From Gemmatales bacterium (GTDB lineage: Bacteria; Planctomycetota; Planctomycetia; Gemmatales; HRBIN36), in the NCBI GenBank assembly GCA_025055835.1, contig JANWWR010000132.1, positions 52,834 through 116,833 on the forward strand: a stretch of 64,000 nt of DNA. Direction: 5' to 3'. Below the pieces are notes generated by a model, which was not told the origin of the DNA, did not search any database, and saw only the letters and a list, made by a program, of their open reading frames with translations. The position numbers and the translations under genes were made by a program. Below, in pieces: positions 58,356 through 64,000 of this stretch (the stretch's first letter is position 1; each line of letters starts with the position of its first letter).

Positions 58356-58751
58356 ATGGCCGAAGGCTTACCCTTCTGCGACACCTGGATCCGCGTCCGT
58401 TACGCCGAAACCGACCGCATGGGCTACCTGCACCATGCCATGTATCCCGTCTATTTCGAGCAGGGCCGCACCGAACTGCTGCGGCAGCAGGGCGTGTCTT
58501 ATCGTCGCATGGAGGACGAGGGCTTCTTCCTGGCGGTGGTAAAACTCGAGGTGCGGTTCCGACGACCCGCCTACTTCGACGACCTGCTTCGGCTCCGGAC
58601 GACGTTGACCCGTGTCACCGCAGTGCGGGTGGAACATCGCTACGAACTGTTCCGCGACGACGAACTGATTTGCGAAGCAACGACGACGCTTGCCTGCGTA
58701 GATCGCGACGGCAGGCTCCAAGCCCTCCCGGAAGAACTGCGTAAAGGCTGA
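58356..58751 (+). CDS. 4HBT/YbgC-type acyl-CoA thioesterase
   Basis: WIRVRYAETDRMGYLHHAMYPVYFEQGR is a hot-dog fold with the YbgC-like catalytic Asp context. 131 aa. ATG 58356 lies 14 nt after the lepB stop. Confidence 0.85.
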   Translation: MAEGLPFCDTWIRVRYAETDRMGYLHHAMYPVYFEQGRTELLRQQGVSYRRMEDEGFFLAVVKLEVRFRRPAYFDDLLRLRTTLTRVTAVRVEHRYELFRDDELICEATTTLACVDRDGRLQALPEELRKG

Positions 58752-58836
58752 AAGCCATCTGCCGGCCTTTGAGACACCGAACCGCTAAACCCGGTCGGAC
58801 TTTCCATCTTTCCCGCTGTATGGTACATCTGCGCCT

Positions 58837-59355
58837 ATGCGCAGGTTCGTCATTCGTCGCCTCCTGCCGACGCTTTTTTGCCTGGTTCCCCTGGCCGGGG
58901 CCGTGCTCGTCGTGGTCGCCGTTCCGACCCAGGCGCTTCAGTTTTATCTTGCCAGCATCCGCACTTCCTACCTGGACTGGATCATCCTGGCTTTGGGCGG
59001 TTTCTTCTTCTTGTTCCAGATGGCCCTGGCCTGGCGGGCATTGCGGTGGAAGGAGCGCAGCTTCGACGAACGAAGCGATGCTCTTCTCCAGGGCATGTAT
59101 CAGGCGGCGGAGTGGTTTCCACTATTGGGCCTGTTCGGCACGGTGGCGGGCATCTTGCAGACGTTCGCGGCCATCGGGGTGCAGGAGTCGGTGCCGCAGC
59201 GGGAGATCATCCGCCTGTACGCCCCGGCCCTGACGACGACCGGCAGCGGTCTGCTGATGACGCTGCTGAACATCGTTCCGCTGTGGCTGGTGATCGTCGG
59301 CCGCCGCGTGATTCTGACGCTGGCCGTGACTCCCCCGGCCGTCGAGGAGCCGTGA
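58837..59355 (+). CDS. MotA/TolQ/ExbB-family proton-channel protein (short, 172 aa)
   Basis: About 4 TM segments. Family signature WFPLLGLFGTVAGILQTFAAI ... YAPALTTTGSGLLMTLLNIVP. Confidence 0.7.
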   Translation: MRRFVIRRLLPTLFCLVPLAGAVLVVVAVPTQALQFYLASIRTSYLDWIILALGGFFFLFQMALAWRALRWKERSFDERSDALLQGMYQAAEWFPLLGLFGTVAGILQTFAAIGVQESVPQREIIRLYAPALTTTGSGLLMTLLNIVPLWLVIVGRRVILTLAVTPPAVEEP

Positions 59356-59358
59356 CCG

Positions 59359-59877
59359 ATGACTCCGCCCAAGGGAAGCCGCAGCATCGTCCGGTTCCTG
59401 CTGCCGATGGCCGACATCATGGCGCTGCTCTTCTCGTTCTTTCTCCTTTTGCCCCATCTGGAGCACGATCCGGACAAGGCCCCGGCGGAGTCGCCGACGG
59501 GAAGTCTGTGGGCCTGGCAAGAGCAGGAGCAGTTGCGCGAGGAATTGCAGCGGCTGAGGCGACGCAGCCGGTTGCCCGTGGACGAACGACTCATGATCGT
59601 CGTGCTGGACATCGACGGCGATACCGGAGACCTTCTGCTGACCCAGAGTGGAAAAGTTCAGCGGCTCAATGCGGCCAGCATCGACAACGTCATTCAGGGA
59701 CATCTGGCTCGGGCCAGGGCGGAGGACCGCGAGTTGTTTTACCTCCTGAGAGTGCCACGACCGGATGAAAAGGGCAGCCGACCGCATCCGACCGTTGCCG
59801 ATGAGATGCTCTACCGCCGCGTGTTCGGGCGGCGTAAGGTGGATTTCCGCATCGACTACCCTCGTTTGGCGGAGTGA
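59359..59877 (+). CDS. TolR/ExbD-like protein
   Basis: N-terminal TM RFLLPMADIMALLFSFFLLL carries the conserved membrane Asp (GAC 59413-59415). The periplasmic part LMIVVLDIDGDTGDLLLTQSGKVQRL resembles the ExbD fold pattern. Starts 3 nt after the upstream stop. Confidence 0.65.
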   Translation: MTPPKGSRSIVRFLLPMADIMALLFSFFLLLPHLEHDPDKAPAESPTGSLWAWQEQEQLREELQRLRRRSRLPVDERLMIVVLDIDGDTGDLLLTQSGKVQRLNAASIDNVIQGHLARARAEDRELFYLLRVPRPDEKGSRPHPTVADEMLYRRVFGRRKVDFRIDYPRLAE

Positions 59878-59882
59878 CAGTC

Positions 59883-60557
59883 ATGGGTTTTACGGCACAA
59901 TCCCGCCTTTCCGACTGGTTTGCCGGTTCCGATCCGATCAGCGTTTTGCTGTGGACCGCCTACGTTTTCGTGGTCGTCTCCTCGGCGTTGATCGGCGGGT
60001 TCGTGACTGGCTTCGCGTTTCAGCACGTGGCCAGATTGATTGTTCGTGACCTGTCGGTTCGGGCTGTGAGCCGGGCGAGAATGATCGGCGGCGTCGTGGC
60101 GGCCATCCTGGCGGTGATGCTGCTCAATCCCGGCTGGCTGGGGCTGGGCGGAGGCGGTGCATCGGGACCCGAGGAGCAAGGCTCCGCCAAAGTTCAGCCG
60201 ACCAGCGATCCCAAGCCGTCGGAGGAGCCGCCTCCTCAACCCCAGCCTCCAACGTTGGCCGAGAAGGCGTCCGGCAACGGCATCGTGCGCATCCTCATCC
60301 TCGGCCCCGAAACGCAGCCCCCCTGGCAAGAGAAGAACCGCTATTTTGCCTTCCTCGACGATCCCATGCCCGAGGCGTTGGATGTGGGTGAAGTAATGAA
60401 GCGGATCGAGTCCCTTCGGCAGCAAAAGCCGGTGCGCGAAGTGGAACTCGTGGTCGTTCCGCAAAGCACTTCACCCAGGAATATCCCGGTGCAGAGCTTG
60501 CGATCGGAGCTGCAAGCCAAAGGCTTGCGGGTGTACGTGCCGCCGGAATTGCCCTGA
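59883..60557 (+). CDS. membrane protein with Gly/Pro-rich spacer and C-terminal ExbD/TolA-III-sized domain (TolA/TonB-like architecture)
   Basis: Two TM segments (ISVLLWTAYVFVVVSSALIGGFVTGFAF, MIGGVVAAILAVMLL). GLGGGGASGP precedes the Pro-rich PKPSEEPPPQPQPP. The C-terminal region is VRILILGPE...VREVELVVVPQSTS...GLRVYV. ATG 59883 lies 8 nt after GGAG. An alternative GTG at 59874 overlaps the upstream stop. Confidence 0.55.
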   Translation: MGFTAQSRLSDWFAGSDPISVLLWTAYVFVVVSSALIGGFVTGFAFQHVARLIVRDLSVRAVSRARMIGGVVAAILAVMLLNPGWLGLGGGGASGPEEQGSAKVQPTSDPKPSEEPPPQPQPPTLAEKASGNGIVRILILGPETQPPWQEKNRYFAFLDDPMPEALDVGEVMKRIESLRQQKPVREVELVVVPQSTSPRNIPVQSLRSELQAKGLRVYVPPELP

Positions 60558-60575
60558 TTGCCGGAGGTCCGCTCG

Positions 60576-62498
60576 ATGACGTCGGCATGTCGGGTCGAGA
60601 TCGTGGGTCCGCCCGATTCCGGCAAGGAGGAACTTCTCCGCCATCTGCGACAGGTTCAAGACGCTGCCGTGAATCTGGATTGGATTGCCGCGGAGGAACC
60701 GACCCCCGCCGCCGACGCGGTTCTGTTCGCGTGTCCGGCCCAGGAAACAGGAACACCTCTTCGCCAGCACCTGGCCGAGCTTTCCCGCCAGATGCGTGAA
60801 CTGTCCACCCTCCGCGGCGGGGCCTGCCAGGCAGCAGGATTTCCCGTCTTCATCGTCCTGACCCGAGCCGAACTTCTCGCGGAGCCGAAGCAGTCCTTCC
60901 AGGACTGGTTGGAGCTTCTGGAAACGCGCAAACAGCAACTCAGCCGCTTGTTTCTGTCCTTGATGGGACCGGGAGGAACCCACGGCTTTGGGGCCGCTCG
61001 GGTGTTCGTCTGGGCGACGGCGGGTCGTCGGCCGGGGCTGACTCCCGATAAGACCAGAAGTGAACAGCCGTTCGGCGTGCAAGAACTGGCTCGGCAGGTG
61101 CAATCGGCCGTCGCCGACCATCGCCAACGACAACGGAGACAAGAGCGGCGATTGCGATGGCTTTTGATTCTGTCCTTGGCTTCGTTGGCGGTGTTAGCGC
61201 TGACGGCACTCGGCTTTTTCCTGGCGGGGTCGGCTCGCTCGGAACTCTGGCCCGAAAAACCCGAACCGATCTGGGAACCCGGCGAACTCTTGGTCCAAGG
61301 CGAGCGACTGCTGGATTCCTCACGACGGCTGATTTCCTTCGAAGGCTATGTCCAGCCGTCGGAGACTGAACCACGGCTTTCTTCATCGGCATCAACGCAT
61401 TTTGTGGTGGACTGGCACCGATGGAGCAGGGATGCGCGGCAAGTCCTCGGGGAGATTCCGCTGTTGAGGTCCCAACTGGCCGCGGAGCGGATCGGGGAAA
61501 CGCTCAGCGCTCGCTTGCATGCCGCCGAGGACGATCTCGCCGCCCTGTTGGCTCGCGCCGGGGCCCTCGGTCTGGCTCCCGACAACGAGGCCAAATCCGC
61601 GTGGCTGCGCTTCCCGGCACGGACAGACGAGGATTGGCCGAAATATCGAGCCGATCTTAAAACCCGCCTGGAAGCTGTGGACAAATCGCAGGCAGCCGCG
61701 ATTTTCCGTCCGTTCCCTTGGGAGGTGCCAACCGGCGTCGTCGAACTCTATCGACAAGCCGCTCGGAGCAGTCTGGAGAATCTGCTCGAACCCGTCCGCC
61801 AGGAAATCCGCCGGCGTGTGATGGATTTGGGTCAGCAGCAGGAGACGGTTGAAGCGTGGCGAGCTTTGGCCGAAGGCTGGCTATCGAATCAAGCCGAGGC
61901 GGAACTGTACGAATGGCGGCAATTTGCCTTGCTCTTGGCGAAGCTGAGCGGTGAGGCTGAGCCGAGCGATCCGCTGGTCGAACTGGTTTCCTTTCTCCGC
62001 CAGTCCGAGTTCAAGTTGCCGCTGGACCGTGTGATGCTTCAGCTACCCGCCCGAATCGTCTCCGGCGAGCAGATCATCATCGGACTTAGACCGATCCCAG
62101 CACCGCTGACCATTCAAATAACAGGCACTTCGGGAGCCGTGACCGTGCTTGAGTTGTTGCCCCTCACGGAAACGGCCCGGCCGTCGGCCGTGGCAGGAGA
62201 ATATGTGTTCGCAGCAGCGCGGAACAGTCCGCTTTCGGAGGGCTTCCTGCGGGTCAAGCCCGGAGAGCGAATTTCAGCCCGGGCACTCCTCGAGGATGCG
62301 GATGGGCTCAAATGGGAACTGATTTGGTCCCCCGCCGACAGCCCTTCTCAGATTTACATGCACACGCTGCTGGCCCAGGTCCCAAGGTTGCGCCCGGTGC
62401 AAGGGGCACCGTCAGCTACCGCGCCCATTGCGTTCGGAGCGCGGCTGCGTTTTTTGGATCCCAGAGCGTTCGACCTGCCGAGACTGTTTCCCCGCTGA
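60576..62498 (+). CDS. membrane-anchored P-loop (GTPase-like) protein with large extracytoplasmic C-terminal region
   Basis: RVEIVGPPDSGKEELL is a Walker-A-like motif at 60606-60629 with Glu in place of Ser/Thr. FPVFIVLTRAEL sits at the G4-like position. A TM segment LRWLLILSLASLAVLALTALGFFLAG spans ~61155-61226, followed by ~420 aa without recognisable motifs. ATG 60576 lies 8 nt after GGAGG (60563-60567). Confidence 0.6.
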   Translation: MTSACRVEIVGPPDSGKEELLRHLRQVQDAAVNLDWIAAEEPTPAADAVLFACPAQETGTPLRQHLAELSRQMRELSTLRGGACQAAGFPVFIVLTRAELLAEPKQSFQDWLELLETRKQQLSRLFLSLMGPGGTHGFGAARVFVWATAGRRPGLTPDKTRSEQPFGVQELARQVQSAVADHRQRQRRQERRLRWLLILSLASLAVLALTALGFFLAGSARSELWPEKPEPIWEPGELLVQGERLLDSSRRLISFEGYVQPSETEPRLSSSASTHFVVDWHRWSRDARQVLGEIPLLRSQLAAERIGETLSARLHAAEDDLAALLARAGALGLAPDNEAKSAWLRFPARTDEDWPKYRADLKTRLEAVDKSQAAAIFRPFPWEVPTGVVELYRQAARSSLENLLEPVRQEIRRRVMDLGQQQETVEAWRALAEGWLSNQAEAELYEWRQFALLLAKLSGEAEPSDPLVELVSFLRQSEFKLPLDRVMLQLPARIVSGEQIIIGLRPIPAPLTIQITGTSGAVTVLELLPLTETARPSAVAGEYVFAAARNSPLSEGFLRVKPGERISARALLEDADGLKWELIWSPADSPSQIYMHTLLAQVPRLRPVQGAPSATAPIAFGARLRFLDPRAFDLPRLFPR

Positions 62499-62523
62499 GA
62501 TGCCCGGAGCGGCCTGTCCCCAA

Positions 62524-64000
62524 TCAGTTCCTGTCAGGAACATCCACAGACCAGGCCGCCGAGACAGCCACGGCATCTTTCTCCGGTCCCTCGGGATAGG
62601 TTAGTTCCATCACGGCGTCGAGATAGGCTCGGGCTTCAACGACCAACCGGGTCGCGGGATCGATCCACATGATGCCGTGGAGTGCCCCTTGAGTCATTGT
62701 CTTGCCGGGAACGGCATCGCCGCTGAAGCGAATGCACACCAGCTTCTTCCCGGCCCGTTCTGCGAGGCCGTCGGGGGTGTAGGAGACATTGAACTGCATC
62801 GGTTCCTGGACGCTGAGCGGGTCGCCGGCAAGCGACACCGTGGCATTCCAGGAGCGGCCAGGCCGCAATTCGTTTTCCTTCTCCGGCACCTGGAAGATGC
62901 TGAAGATCTGGTCAACAACGCGATGCAATCCGGCCAGTTCGCCGCGAAATTCCCCAGCGGCGGCAAAGCGAGGTTCGTTCCCCTGGGCTTGCACGTTTCC
63001 TTGTGCATTCTGCTGATTGAGAATCGCCTGAACGAGCGGGCGAGGCAGCGGACGTTCGCCGACACGCACGCCGAGGTCGAACCCGAGATAGCGTTCCGGG
63101 GTCCCTTTTGCGTCTAGCTCGGTTCGGCAACCCAGGTTGACCGTCAAGGGCGTGGGGGACCCGGCTTCTCCGCCCCGTTGAACTACCCGATAACGTGCCA
63201 AGAGCCTCCGTGCTTGACTGTCTGCGTCCGCGGGAGATTTCAGTGCCGCCTGGGCAGTTTGGACAGCCAGGGCGGGGCGATAGGTGACGCCGTTACTGAC
63301 GCGGTAGGTGCCATCCTTCTCGGCGACATAAGCCCGCAAGTGATAAACCTGATTGTCCGGCAATGGAGGCAGCTTCAGTACACCTCTCCGCCAGATCGCC
63401 CGGTCCGCGGGAAGAGCAAGCCGATTCTCCGCGGGTAAATCCGTGACCCAACCGGCCGATTGCTTCGCCTCAGCGTCGCCGATGCTCCAGGCCACCCCAA
63501 GCTCCGTGAATCGGTGCAGGGGATCCGACACTTCCAGACTGACCGGCAGCAGGATGCCGCCGTTTTGCTGCTGAGGCATGCCAAGGATCAGGTCGCCGAA
63601 GCGTCCGTGGTACAATTGCCAGACATGCTCGGCGGGGACAGCGAAGCTGATGCCCGTATTCCGCAGAAAGTTGACGTAGATCGAAACCGCGACTCCGACG
63701 ACCCGTCCCTGGGCGTCCACGACTGGCCCACCGGAATTTCCGGGATTAAGTTCGCCATTCATCTGAATGCGGTACATGTCCTTGCCATCTCGAACGAAGC
63801 TGGCCACCGAAACCTTGCTCGTGGACATGCGGGTGTTCAGGTTCTCGCCGTAGGGGAATCCAAAGGCCACCAGCAGCTGTGTGCGAAACAGCGTGGAAGC
63901 AGAGACGACCTTGAGCGGCTCGGGCAGTTCGACGCCTTTGGCATCCACCTGAAGCAAGGCCAGATCGAGATGGCCATCAGCGTGGAGCACCTTGGCCTGA
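62524..64000 (-). CDS. trypsin-like (S1C) serine protease with long C-terminal extension, 5' end outside the window
   Basis: The reading frame stays open to the window edge (..QAKVLHADGHLDLALLQV). Catalytic Asp context is DLALLQV and the Ser motif is LNPGNSGGPVVD. The ~330-aa C-terminal region has no recognised motifs. The track's M at 63990 is an internal GTG (Val). Confidence 0.8.
   Translation of the reverse strand, partial: QAKVLHADGHLDLALLQVDAKGVELPEPLKVVSASTLFRTQLLVAFGFPYGENLNTRMSTSKVSVASFVRDGKDMYRIQMNGELNPGNSGGPVVDAQGRVVGVAVSIYVNFLRNTGISFAVPAEHVWQLYHGRFGDLILGMPQQQNGGILLPVSLEVSDPLHRFTELGVAWSIGDAEAKQSAGWVTDLPAENRLALPADRAIWRRGVLKLPPLPDNQVYHLRAYVAEKDGTYRVSNGVTYRPALAVQTAQAALKSPADADSQARRLLARYRVVQRGGEAGSPTPLTVNLGCRTELDAKGTPERYLGFDLGVRVGERPLPRPLVQAILNQQNAQGNVQAQGNEPRFAAAGEFRGELAGLHRVVDQIFSIFQVPEKENELRPGRSWNATVSLAGDPLSVQEPMQFNVSYTPDGLAERAGKKLVCIRFSGDAVPGKTMTQGALHGIMWIDPATRLVVEARAYLDAVMELTYPEGPEKDAVAVSAAWSVDVPDRN

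Noticed and set aside
1-64000. Mobile elements, prophage, defence islands, rRNA/tRNA genes
   Set aside because: No transposase, integrase, recombinase, phage structural, restriction-modification or cas-like motifs appear in any frame. There are no inverted terminal repeats and no tRNA-like T-arm (GGTTCGAATCC-type) sequences in the intergenic regions. The window looks like core chromosome.

Overview
This is a GC-rich (by eye), densely coding chromosomal segment with about 45 protein-coding genes on both strands. I found no rRNA, tRNA, CRISPR array, transposase, integrase or phage genes. The gene content points to a Planctomycetota/PVC-type genome, which is an inference. The supporting genes are a giant PVC-type heme-binding multidomain protein, PQQ-like propellers, a Ser/Thr kinase with TPR repeats, an FHA-GAF-sigma54 activator, BamA and many PDZ proteases.

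Housekeeping genes recognised from motifs:
- Translation and folate: der, lepA, folC, ribH.
- Envelope and secretion: bamA, an oversized lepB.
- Proteostasis: clpC, clpB, an HtrA-like protease, an Hsp70-family protein.
- Transport and signalling: pstB-phoU-phoB without pstSCA, cysTWA without a binding-protein gene, a PhoR-like kinase.
- Metabolism: lpdA, a tungsten-type aldehyde:ferredoxin oxidoreductase, two HAD hydrolases.

The most interesting locus is 58356-62498. It reads as a very divergent Tol-like cluster: a YbgC-type thioesterase, a TolQ/ExbB-like channel, a TolR/ExbD-like protein and a Pro-rich TolA/TonB-like membrane protein. The TolB/Pal position is taken by a 640-aa membrane-anchored protein with a non-canonical P-loop.

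Other points worth a second look:
- A tandem pair of PDZ-M6 metalloprotease paralogs in which one copy has lost HExxH.
- A roughly 750-aa signal peptidase I with a zinc ribbon and a roughly 500-aa insertion.
- An Hsp70-like gene divergent from an FHA-GAF-sigma54 regulator.
- Short tandem and dispersed repeats in two intergenic regions.
- Candidate PhoB-type direct repeats.

All calls rest on reading motifs in the supplied translations and the DNA. Start codons were chosen from RBS context and are approximate. No database search was possible.
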